NCBI GenBank assembly: GCA_963771355.1
Contig: CAVYTA010000005.1
Span: 800,001-864,000 of the forward strand
Length of the DNA stretch: 64,000 bases
Direction: 5' to 3'
DNA from: an uncultured Candidatus Rokubacteria bacterium
GTDB taxonomy: Bacteria > Methylomirabilota > Methylomirabilia > Rokubacteriales > CSP1-6
The notes below the pieces were generated by a model that saw nothing but the letters and a program-made list of their open reading frames with translations, was not told the origin of the DNA and searched no databases. The stretch's first letter is position 1. The number at the start of each line of letters is the position of its first letter. This document shows positions 1 to 11,452 of this stretch, piece by piece. The translations under genes were made by a program, and so were the position numbers.

Positions 1-2
1 AC

Positions 3-107
3 GTCCCGAACCAGGCGCGCAAGCAGGACGTCGAGGTGGCGCTGAGCAATGCCTTCGGCTTCGGCGGGACCAACGCCATCCTCGCCTTCCGGAAGTATCG
101 ACCCTAG
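3..107 (+). CDS. fabF: 3' end of beta-ketoacyl-ACP synthase II (partial)
   Basis: Frame from nt 3 reads [34 protein letters not shown], with the conserved KAS C-terminal SNxFGFGGxN motif. Confidence 0.9.
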   Translation, partial: VPNQARKQDVEVALSNAFGFGGTNAILAFRKYRP

Positions 108-173
108 AGCAGGGCCGATTCGCTTCGCCATACTTCGTTCTCGTCTGGCTCGCGACTCCACCCTGCTCCCGCG

Positions 174-620
174 GTGACCATCCCTGATCCGCTGGCCGCG
201 CTGGAGGCGCGGCTGGGGCATGTCTTCGCGGACCGCGATCTCCTCCTGGAGGCGCTCACCCACCGCTCCTGGGTCAACGAGCATCCCGGCGCGCGCGACA
301 ACGAGGCGCTGGCCTTCGTGGGCGACGCCGTCCTCGGGCTCGTGGTGGCGGAGCATCTCGCCGCCGCCGAGCCCGCCGCCGCCGTGGGCGTGCTCACCCC
401 CCGCCGCGCCGAGCTGGTCTCCGGCGCGAGCCTCGCGCGCTGGGCGGAGCGCCTCGCGCTGGGCGACTGCCTGCGCCTGGGACGCGGCGAGGCGCAGACG
501 GGCGGGCACGCCAAGGAGTCGGTGCTCGCCACCGCGCTGGAGGCCGTGCTGGGGGCCGTCTACCGCGAGGCGGGCCTGCCCGGCGCCGCCCGGGTGATCG
601 CGGCGCTGGCCCTGTGGTAG
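174..620 (+). CDS. rnc: Ribonuclease III catalytic-domain-only protein (no dsRBD)
   Basis: LEARLGHVF..LLLEALTHRSW, signature-like NEALAFVGDAVL, LRLGRGE..TGG, LATALEAVLGAVY; sits after fabF as rnc often does; stops at 148 aa. Confidence 0.8.
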   Translation: MTIPDPLAALEARLGHVFADRDLLLEALTHRSWVNEHPGARDNEALAFVGDAVLGLVVAEHLAAAEPAAAVGVLTPRRAELVSGASLARWAERLALGDCLRLGRGEAQTGGHAKESVLATALEAVLGAVYREAGLPGAARVIAALALW

Positions 621-621
621 C

Positions 622-3196
<2,575 letters not shown>

Positions 3197-3208
3197 CCGA
3201 GGCGCCCC

Positions 3209-4636
3209 ATGGCCGACATCCGCCGCGAGAGCATGCGCATTGCCGGAGAGCACGTCGTCTCCGAGCGGGTCATCGAGGTCGAGAATCCGTGGAACGGTGC
3301 GCTGGTGGGCACGGTGCCCAAGGCCACCGTGGCCGACGTCCGGCGCGCCTTCGCCGCCGCGCGCGGCTTTCGCTCGCCGCTCTCCCGTCACGAGCGCTCC
3401 CTGATCCTCGCGCGCACCGCGGAGCGGCTTGCCGCCCGGCGGGAGGAAATCTCGGACCTCATCACCGCGGAGTCGGGCCTTTGCAAGAAGGACACGCTCT
3501 ACGAGGTGGGGCGCGCGGGTGACGTCTTCACCTTCGCCGCCCACGCCGCGCTCAGCGACGACAGCCAGACCTTCCCCTGCGACGTGAGCGCCCAGGGTCG
3601 GCGCCGGCGCATCTACACGCAGCGCGAGCCCCTGCGCGCCATCGCCGCCATCACCCCGTTCAACCACCCCCTCAACCAGGTGGCCCACAAGGTGGCGCCC
3701 GCCATCGCCACCAACAACAAGATGGTGCTCAAGCCGTCGGAGAAGACGCCGCTCACCGCGCTCCTCCTCGCCGACGTGCTCTACGACGTGGGACTGCCGC
3801 CCGCCATGTTCTCGGTGGTGACGGGCGACCCCGCCGAGATCGCGGACGAGCTCGTCACCAACGCCGACTCCGAGCTGATCACCTTCACCGGCGGGGTGGA
3901 GGTGGGCAAGGCCATCGCCGGCAAGCTGGGCTATCGCCGCGCCGTCCTCGAGCTGGGCGGCAATGACCCCCTCATCGTGATGGAGGACGCCGACCTCCAG
4001 GAGGCGTCCTCCCTGGCGGTGTCGGGCGCCTACCGGAACTCCGGCCAGCGCTGCACCGCGGTGAAGCGCATCCTCGTCCAGGAGTCGGTCGCCGCCCGCT
4101 TCGTGGACCTGCTGGTGGAGAAGACCCGGCTGGTGAAGTACGGCGATCCCATGGATCCCACCGTGGACATGGGCACCGTGATCGACGAGCGGGCGGCGCG
4201 CCGCTTCCAGTCCCTGGTGGAGGACGCGATGGGGCGCGGCGCCCGGCTCCTCTACGGCAACGAGCGGCGGGGCGCGCTCTATAGCCCCACCGTGCTCGAC
4301 CGCGTTCCCGCCGACTGTGAGCTGGTGGCGCGCGAGACCTTCGGCCCGGTGGCCCCCGTGATACGCTTCGGCGACATCGAGGAGGCGATCCGCATCGCCA
4401 ACGGGACCCCTTACGGCCTCTCCTCCGCGGTGTGCACCAATCGCTGGGACTGGATCACCCGCTTCGTGAGCGGGCTCGAGGTGGGCACGGTCAATGTCCG
4501 GGAAGTGCCCGGCTACCGGCTGGAGAGCTCGCCCTTCGGCGGGATCAAGGACTCGGGCCTGGGCTACAAGGAGGGCGTGCTCGAGGCGATGAAGAGCTTC
4601 ACCAACGTCAAGACCTACTCGCTGCCCTGGCCGTGA
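3209..4636 (+). CDS. phnY: Phosphonoacetaldehyde dehydrogenase
   Basis: ALDH motifs ITPFNHPLNQVAHK, LELGGND, NSGQRCTA, ETFGP, PFGGIKDSG; lies between phnA and phnW. Confidence 0.93.
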   Translation: MADIRRESMRIAGEHVVSERVIEVENPWNGALVGTVPKATVADVRRAFAAARGFRSPLSRHERSLILARTAERLAARREEISDLITAESGLCKKDTLYEVGRAGDVFTFAAHAALSDDSQTFPCDVSAQGRRRRIYTQREPLRAIAAITPFNHPLNQVAHKVAPAIATNNKMVLKPSEKTPLTALLLADVLYDVGLPPAMFSVVTGDPAEIADELVTNADSELITFTGGVEVGKAIAGKLGYRRAVLELGGNDPLIVMEDADLQEASSLAVSGAYRNSGQRCTAVKRILVQESVAARFVDLLVEKTRLVKYGDPMDPTVDMGTVIDERAARRFQSLVEDAMGRGARLLYGNERRGALYSPTVLDRVPADCELVARETFGPVAPVIRFGDIEEAIRIANGTPYGLSSAVCTNRWDWITRFVSGLEVGTVNVREVPGYRLESSPFGGIKDSGLGYKEGVLEAMKSFTNVKTYSLPWP

Positions 4637-7080
4637 TCTCGTCCGCGCGCGCCGTCATCATCGGCGGCGGCATCGTCGGCACCTCGGTCGCCTACCACCT
4701 CGCGCGACTGGGGTGGCGTGATGTCGTGCTGCTGGAGCAGGGGAGCCTCTCCGGCGGCACCACCTGGCATGCCGCCGGCCTCGTGGGCCAGCTCCGCTCC
4801 TCCGCGAATTTCACCCGCCTCATCCGCTACAGCGCGGAGCTCTACGAGCGGCTCGAGGCGGAGACCGGCAAGGCCACCGGCTTCAAGCGCTGCGGCAGCC
4901 TCTCGGTCGCGCGCACCGCCGAGCGCATGACCCAGCTCCGGCGCAATGCCTCGCTGGCGCGCTCCTACGGCATCGAGGCCCACGTGATCGGGCTCGACGA
5001 GGCCAAGCGCCGCTATCCGTTGCTGCACATCGACGACCTGGTGGGCGCGGTGTGGATTCCCTCCGACGGCAAGGCCAACCCCGCCGACATCACCCAGGCG
5101 CTCGCCACCGGCGCCCGCGCCGCCGGCGCCCGAATCTTGGAGAAGGTCGAGGTGAAGGGCGTGACGGTGACCGAGGGCCGCGTGAGCGGGGTGGAGACCG
5201 CGGAGGGCACCATCGCCACCGAGATCGCGGTGAACTGTGCGGGCATCTGGGCGCGGGAGCTGGGCCGCCGGAGCGGGGTCACCGTCCCGCTGCACGCCTG
5301 CGAGCACATGTACATGGTGACCGAGCCCATCGCGGGGGTGACGCCGGATCTGCCCGTCCTGCGCGATCCCGACGGCCACATCTATTTCAAGGAAGAGGTG
5401 GGCGGCATCCTCATGGGCGGCTTCGATCCCTGGGCCAAGCCCTGGGGCATGGGCGGCATTCCCGCCGACTTCTCCTTCGGTACGCTGCCGGAGGACTGGG
5501 ACAAGTTCGAGATCCTCATGCGCAATGCCATTCAGCGGGTGCCCGCGCTGGAGTCCGCGCCGGTGCGGCTCTTGATGAACGGCCCCGAGAGCTTCACCCC
5601 CGACAACTACTTCATCCTCGGTGAGGCCCCGGAGGTGCGGCGCTACTACGTCGGCGCGGGGTTCTGCTCGGGCGGCATCGCCGCCGCGGGCGGGGCGGGG
5701 CAGGCTCTGGCCCAGTGGATCGCGGACGACCGGCAGCCCATGGATCTCTGGCCCGCCGACATCCGGCGCTTCGCGTCCTTCCACGGAGATCCCGCCTTCC
5801 TGCGCGAGCGCGCCAGCGAGGGGGTGGGCGTCCACTACTTCGTGGCCTTCCCCAACCGCGAGCTCACCAGCGGGCGCGGCCTCCGGCGCTCCCCGCTCTA
5901 CGACCGGCTGGCCGCCAAGCGCGCCTGCTTCGGCGCCAAGATGGGCTGGGAGCGCGCCAACTGGTTCGCACCCGCCGGGGTGGCGCCGGTCACGGAGTAC
6001 TCCTTCGGCCGCCAGAACTGGTTCCCCTACTCGGCGGCCGAGCATCGGGCCGCGCGCGAGGCGGTGGCGCTGTTCGATCAGACGTCGTTCGGCAAGCTCC
6101 TGCTCCAGGGCCGGGACGCCGAGGCGGTGCTGCAGCGGCTCTGCGCCAATGACGTGGCGGTGGCGCCGGGGCGGGTCGTCTACACGGGGCTCCTGAACGA
6201 GCAGGGCACGTACGAGAGCGACCTCACCGTGACCCGACTGACCGGCGACACCTACTTGATCGTCACCGGCGCCGCGCAGACCACGCGCGATGCCCACTGG
6301 ATCCGCCGCGAGATCGGGCCCGACGCGCGCGCGACGCTCACCGACGTGACCGGCGCCTGGGCGGTGCTGGGGCTCATGGGGCCGGGCTCGCGCGCCCTCC
6401 TGTCCAGCGTCTCGGGCGCCCGGCTGGACAGTGCCGCCTTTCCCTTCGCCACCATGCAGGAGATCGCCATCGCGGGCGCGCCCGTGCGCGCGGCGCGCAT
6501 CACCTACGTCGGCGAGCTCGGCTGGGAGCTCTACGTGCCGGTGGAGTTCGCCGCGCGCGTGTACGAGGCGCTGGAGGCGGCGGGCGCGGAGTTCGGCTTG
6601 CTGGACGCCGGCTACTACGCTCTCGACTCGCTTCGCATGGAGAAGGCCTATCGGGCGTGGGGGCGCGAGCTCACGACCGATGACACGCCGCTGGAGGCGG
6701 GGCTCGGCTTCGCGGTGGCCTGGGACAAGCCGGGCGGCTTCCGGGGGCGCGACGCCCTCCTGCGCCGGCGGGACCAGCCGCTCACCAAGCGCCTGGTCAC
6801 CTTCGTGCTCGACGACCCCGAGGCGCTCCCGCTGGGCGACGAGGCCATCTTCCATGAGAACAACCTGGCCGGCTCGGTTACCTCCGCCGGCTACGGGCAT
6901 ACGCTGGGCCGGGCGGTCGTCATGGGCTATCTCCGGCTGCCGGAGGGAGCGCGCGGCGGGATCGACGCGCGCTTCGTGGCGGACGCGAAGTTCGAGCTGG
7001 AGATCGCGGGAGACCGTTTCACCGCGCGCGCGAGCCTGCGCGCGCCCTATGACCCGCAGGCGCTGCGGGTGAAGAGCTAG
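4633..7080 (+). CDS. FAD-dependent oxidoreductase of the dimethylglycine/sarcosine dehydrogenase type with a C-terminal GcvT (THF-binding) domain
   Basis: GTG start overlaps the phnY stop (GTGA); IIGGGIVG Rossmann motif, TTWHAAGL (covalent-FAD His motif), NGPESFTPD, YVGELGWELY, SLRMEKAY; 815 aa. Confidence 0.9.
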   Translation: MISSARAVIIGGGIVGTSVAYHLARLGWRDVVLLEQGSLSGGTTWHAAGLVGQLRSSANFTRLIRYSAELYERLEAETGKATGFKRCGSLSVARTAERMTQLRRNASLARSYGIEAHVIGLDEAKRRYPLLHIDDLVGAVWIPSDGKANPADITQALATGARAAGARILEKVEVKGVTVTEGRVSGVETAEGTIATEIAVNCAGIWARELGRRSGVTVPLHACEHMYMVTEPIAGVTPDLPVLRDPDGHIYFKEEVGGILMGGFDPWAKPWGMGGIPADFSFGTLPEDWDKFEILMRNAIQRVPALESAPVRLLMNGPESFTPDNYFILGEAPEVRRYYVGAGFCSGGIAAAGGAGQALAQWIADDRQPMDLWPADIRRFASFHGDPAFLRERASEGVGVHYFVAFPNRELTSGRGLRRSPLYDRLAAKRACFGAKMGWERANWFAPAGVAPVTEYSFGRQNWFPYSAAEHRAAREAVALFDQTSFGKLLLQGRDAEAVLQRLCANDVAVAPGRVVYTGLLNEQGTYESDLTVTRLTGDTYLIVTGAAQTTRDAHWIRREIGPDARATLTDVTGAWAVLGLMGPGSRALLSSVSGARLDSAAFPFATMQEIAIAGAPVRAARITYVGELGWELYVPVEFAARVYEALEAAGAEFGLLDAGYYALDSLRMEKAYRAWGRELTTDDTPLEAGLGFAVAWDKPGGFRGRDALLRRRDQPLTKRLVTFVLDDPEALPLGDEAIFHENNLAGSVTSAGYGHTLGRAVVMGYLRLPEGARGGIDARFVADAKFELEIAGDRFTARASLRAPYDPQALRVKS

Positions 7081-7090
7081 AGGAGCCGCG

Positions 7091-8200
7091 ATGGAGCCCT
7101 ATCTCCTGACGCCGGGACCGCTCACCACCTCGCTCACCACCAAGCAGGCGATGCTGCGCGACTGGGGCTCGCGGGACGTGGAGTTCATCCGCCTCAACGC
7201 CCGGGTGCGCGAGCGGCTGGTCGAGCTGGCGGGAGGAAGCGGCACCCATGTCTGCGTGCCGCTCCAGGGCAGCGGGACGTTCCTCGTGGAGGCCATGCTG
7301 GCGACCATGGTGCCCCCGGAGGGGAAGGTGCTCCTCCTCGTCAACGGCGCCTACGGCAAACGCATGGTCCGTATGTGCGAGTACCATCGCCGCGCCCATA
7401 CGGTGATCGAGGTGCCCGAGGACCACCCCGTGGATCCCGTGGCCGTCGACGCGGCGCTGGCGGCGGACCCCGCCATCACCCACGTGGCGGTGGTGCACTG
7501 CGAGACCACCTCGGGGGTGCTGAATCCGGTGGCCAGGGTCGCGGAGGTCGTCGCCCGGCGGGGCCGCCGGCTTCTCATCGACTCCATGAGCGCGTTCGGG
7601 GCCATTCCGCTGGATGCCGCGCGCATTCCCTTCGACGCCATGGTGTCCTCCGCGAACAAGTGCCTGGAAGGCGTGCCGGGCATGGGCTTCGGCATCATCC
7701 GTCGCACCGCGCTGGAGAGCGCCCGGGGCCAGTGCGGATCGCTCTCGCTGGACCTGCACGATCAGTGGACGGCCATGGAGAAGACCGGGCAATGGCGCTT
7801 CACGCCGCCCACCCATGTCATCGCCGCTCTGGACCAGGCGCTCACCGAGCATGCCGCGGAAGGGGGCGTGGAAGGACGGGGCGCCCGCTATGCGCGCAAC
7901 TGCGGCATTCTCGTCTCGGGGCTCCGCGCGCTCGGCTTCAAGACCCTGCTCCCGGACGCGCTGCAGGCGCCCATCATCGTGACGGTGCGGATGCCCGCGG
8001 ACCCCGCCTTTCACTTCGACGCCTTCTACGATCGGCTCGCCGAGCGCGGCTACGTGATCTATCCCGGCAAGCTCACCGTGGCCGACAGCTTCCGCATTGG
8101 CTGCATCGGGCGCCTGGGGGAGGCGGAGATGCACGGCGTGCTCGACGCCATCCGGGACATTCTCAAGGACATGGGCGTGAGCCGCTGCGGTCCGGCCTGA
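7091..8200 (+). CDS. phnW: 2-aminoethylphosphonate--pyruvate transaminase
   Basis: LLTPGPLTTS, DWGSRD, HCETTSG, DSMSAFG, SSANKCLEGVPG (PLP Lys), QWRFTPPTH, IYPGKLT. Confidence 0.95.
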   Translation: MEPYLLTPGPLTTSLTTKQAMLRDWGSRDVEFIRLNARVRERLVELAGGSGTHVCVPLQGSGTFLVEAMLATMVPPEGKVLLLVNGAYGKRMVRMCEYHRRAHTVIEVPEDHPVDPVAVDAALAADPAITHVAVVHCETTSGVLNPVARVAEVVARRGRRLLIDSMSAFGAIPLDAARIPFDAMVSSANKCLEGVPGMGFGIIRRTALESARGQCGSLSLDLHDQWTAMEKTGQWRFTPPTHVIAALDQALTEHAAEGGVEGRGARYARNCGILVSGLRALGFKTLLPDALQAPIIVTVRMPADPAFHFDAFYDRLAERGYVIYPGKLTVADSFRIGCIGRLGEAEMHGVLDAIRDILKDMGVSRCGPA

Positions 8201-8244
8201 CGGCCCTTGCCCCGGTCGGCGAACCCCCGTAAGATTCCCCCGCC

Positions 8245-9625
8245 TTGAAAAAATCCGAGTCCGTGCCCGGCGCCGATCCGAGCGAGCTGGAGGCGCTGAT
8301 CCGCAAGGGGGAGATCGACACCGTCCTCACCGTCTTCCCCGACCACCTCGGCCGGCTCCTGGGGAAGCGGGTGGTGGGGCGGTACTTCCTCGATCATGTC
8401 CTCGCCGACGGCGTGCATGCCTGCATCTATCTCTTCACGGTGGACATGGAGATGGAGCCCCTGCCGGGCTTCACGCTCACCTCGTGGGAGCGCGGCTACG
8501 GCGACATGAAGCTCGTGCCGGACCTTGGGACCTGGCGGCGCATCCCGTGGCTGTCCCGCACCGCGCTGGTGTTCTGCGACGTGTTCACCGAGGAGGGCGC
8601 GCCCATCGAGGAGGCGCCGCGGTGGGTGCTGCGCCGGCAGGTGGAGCGGGCGGCCAAGGCCGGCTACGTGGTGAAGACCGCCTCCGAGCTCGAGCTCTAT
8701 CTCTTCCGCGAGTCCTTCGACGAGGCGCGCGCGAAGCGCTACCTGGATCTCACTCCGGTGTCCGGCTACCGCGAGGACTACCACATCCTCCAGACCTCCA
8801 GGGAGGAGGGCCTGGTCCAGGCCATCCGCAATCACATGGAGGCGGCGCGGGTGCCGGTGGAGTTCTCCAAGGGCGAGTGGGGGAAGGGGCAGGAGGAGAT
8901 CAATCTCCGTTACGCGGAAGCGCTCGAGATGGCGGACCGCCACGCCCTCTACAAGCACGGCGTGAAGGAGATCGCCTGGCAGCAGGGCTGCCTCGGTGAC
9001 CTTCATGGCGAAGTACGACATGGGGGCGGCGGGCTCGTCCTGTCACGTCCACTCCTCGCTGTGGGACCGGCGGACGGGCAAGGGGCTCTTCGCCGCGCGG
9101 GGCTCGCGGCGGGGGACGCCGCTCTTCCAGCAGTGGCTGGCCGGGCAGATGGCGATGGCGCGGGACCTAGCACTCCTCTACGCGCCCACCGTCAACTCGT
9201 ACAAGCGCTATCAGGCGGGCTCCTTCGCTCCCACCCGCATCGCGGCGGGCTGGGACAACCGCACCTGCGGCTTCCGCCTCTGCGGCGAGGACGCCGGCTT
9301 CCGCGTGGAAAACCGCATCCCCGGCGCCGACGCCAATCCGTACCTGGCCTTCGCCGCCACCATCGCCGCGGGGCTCCACGGGATCGAGCGAAAGCTCCCG
9401 GCGCCGCGGGCCTACGAGGGCAATGCCTACGAGGATGCGAAGCTCTCGCAGGTGCCGAAGACCTTCCGCGAGGCGCTGGACACGCTGGACCGCTCGAAGG
9501 TGGCGCGCGAGGCCTTCGGCGCCCGCGTGGTGGAGCACTATCTCCGGCTGGGGCGACTCGAGCAGGAGGCCTTCGACCAGGTCGTCACCGACTGGGAGCT
9601 AAGTCGGCATTTCGAAAGGATCTGA
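8245..9625 (+). CDS. Glutamine synthetase-like gamma-glutamyl-amine ligase (GlnA4/PuuA-like) with an apparent +1 frameshift at ~8992
   Basis: N-half ASELELYLF, KGEWGKGQEEINL; C-half VTFMAK..GSSCHVHSSL, NSYKRY, DNRTCGFR, ENRIPGADANPYL. Removing one C at 8991-8992 gives a continuous 459-aa ORF. Confidence 0.85.
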
Positions 9626-9632
9626 GAACGCC

Positions 9633-10397
9633 ATGGCGGGACGACTCAAGGGCAAGGTGGCGCTGATCACGGGCGCCGGCATGGGCATGGGGCGCGAGGC
9701 CTCGGTGCTCTTCGCCGAGGAAGGCGCCCGCGTGGTGGTGGCGGACATCAACGCCGGGGCAGCCGCCGAGACGGTGGATCTGGTCAAGAAGGCCGACGGG
9801 CAGGCGGTCGCGGTGACCGGGGACGTGGCGGTGGAGGCCGACGTGAAGCGCATGATCGAGGAAGGCGTGGGCGTCTTCGGGGCCCTGCACGTCCTCTACA
9901 ACAACGCGGGCGTGCTGTGGAAGGACAAGGACCGCGGGGTGCTGGAGACCGACGGCGTCCAGTGGGACCGGGTGATGGGGATCAACCTCAAGTCGGTGTT
10001 CTGGGTGACCAAGCACGGCATCCCGCACCTGCGGGCGGCGGGCGGCGGCTCCATCATTCTGGTGGGCTCGGTGTCGGCGCTGGCCGGCTTCACGCGGGCC
10101 CAGGACGCCTATACCGCGGCCAAGGGCGCGCTGATCTCGCTCAACAAGTCGCTCGCCATCCAGTTCGCCAAGGACGGCATCCGCTCCAACGTGATTCATC
10201 CGGGGATTGTCGAGACCCCGCTGCAGGCCCCCTACCTCAATGACGAGCTGCGGGCCGAGTTCAAGACGGGCATCCCGCTGGGCCGCATCGGCCAGCCGCG
10301 GGACATCGCCTTTGCCGCCCTCTTCCTCGCCTCCGATGAGTCGAGCTTCATGACCGGCGCGGAGATGATCGTGGACGGCGGCTTCATGGCCCAGTAA
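9633..10397 (+). CDS. Short-chain dehydrogenase/reductase
   Basis: TGAGMGMG, NNAG, YTAAKG catalytic motif. Confidence 0.9.
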   Translation: MAGRLKGKVALITGAGMGMGREASVLFAEEGARVVVADINAGAAAETVDLVKKADGQAVAVTGDVAVEADVKRMIEEGVGVFGALHVLYNNAGVLWKDKDRGVLETDGVQWDRVMGINLKSVFWVTKHGIPHLRAAGGGSIILVGSVSALAGFTRAQDAYTAAKGALISLNKSLAIQFAKDGIRSNVIHPGIVETPLQAPYLNDELRAEFKTGIPLGRIGQPRDIAFAALFLASDESSFMTGAEMIVDGGFMAQ

Positions 10398-10431
10398 GAT
10401 CCAAACGCACGAACACATGGAGGAAGCACGC

Positions 10432-11448
10432 ATGCGGACGCGCAGCTCGTGGTTCACCGGCCTGGTGGCCGGCGTCGTCGCTCTCACCGTCCTCGCCGGC
10501 CCGGCCCTGGCCCAGAAGCAGGTGGTGGTGGTCTACACCGCCATCGAGAACGAGCAGATCACGGAGTACAAGAAGGCCTACGAGAAGTCCTTGCCCAACG
10601 TGGACGTGAAGATGCTGCGACTGTCCACCGGCGACATCGCGGCGCGGTTCATGGCGGAGAAGGACAACATGCAGGCGGACCTCATCTGGGGCGTGGGCGC
10701 CACCAACCTGCTGGTGTTCAAGAACGCGGGCCTCCTGGAGCCCTATGCCCCCAAGGGGCTGGAGAAGATCCAGCCGCTCTTCCGGGACAAGGCCAACCCG
10801 CCCTCCTGGGTCGGGATCGACATCTACATGTCCGCCTTCTGCTTCAACACCGAGGTGGGGAAGAAGAACAACCTGCCCAAGCCGGAGTCCTGGGCGGATC
10901 TCACCAAGCCCGTGTACAAGGGCCAGGTGGTGATGCCGAACCCGGCCAGCTCGGGCACGGGTTATCTCTCCGTCGCTTCCATCCTGCAGCGCATGGGCGA
11001 GGCCGAAGGGTGGAAGTATCTCGATGCCCTCAATGTGAACATCGCGGAGTACACCAAGTCCGGGTCCAAGCCCTGCAAGGACGCGGCGGCGGGCGAGCGC
11101 GGCGTCGGCGTGTCCTTCGAGTACGTGGCGCTCGAGATGAAGAAGAAGGGGAGCCCGGTGGAGATGGTGCTGCCCAAGGAGGGCTCCGGCTACGAGATGG
11201 AGGCCAACGCGCTGACCAAGAAGGGGGCCAAGAATCCCGCCGCCAAGCAGTTCCTGGACTGGGCGGCCAGCGACGAGGCCATGGCGCTCTACGCGAAGTA
11301 CTTCGCCGCCGTCGGCATCGCCGGCTACCCGGTGCCCGAGGGGCTGCCCAAGGACATCAGCAAGGTGGTCTATCCCAACGACTTCGACTGGTCGGCGAAG
11401 AATCGCGACCGCATCCTCGCCGAGTGGACCAAGCGGTACGCGAAGTAG
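10432..11448 (+). CDS. Putative 2-aminoethylphosphonate ABC transporter substrate-binding protein (PhnS2/AepX-like)
   Basis: Signal peptide, VYTAIE, STGDIAARFMAEKDN, MPNPASSGTG, YTKSGSKPC; GGAGG RBS before ATG 10432; phn context. Confidence 0.85.
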   Translation: MRTRSSWFTGLVAGVVALTVLAGPALAQKQVVVVYTAIENEQITEYKKAYEKSLPNVDVKMLRLSTGDIAARFMAEKDNMQADLIWGVGATNLLVFKNAGLLEPYAPKGLEKIQPLFRDKANPPSWVGIDIYMSAFCFNTEVGKKNNLPKPESWADLTKPVYKGQVVMPNPASSGTGYLSVASILQRMGEAEGWKYLDALNVNIAEYTKSGSKPCKDAAAGERGVGVSFEYVALEMKKKGSPVEMVLPKEGSGYEMEANALTKKGAKNPAAKQFLDWAASDEAMALYAKYFAAVGIAGYPVPEGLPKDISKVVYPNDFDWSAKNRDRILAEWTKRYAK

Positions 11449-11452
11449 CCTG

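Noticed and set aside
8985..9000. Frameshift in the GS-like gene as programmed frameshifting or a true pseudogene
   Set aside because: It is a single extra C with no slippery heptamer, both halves are intact, and similar indels occur elsewhere in the window. A sequencing error is most likely; read mapping would decide.
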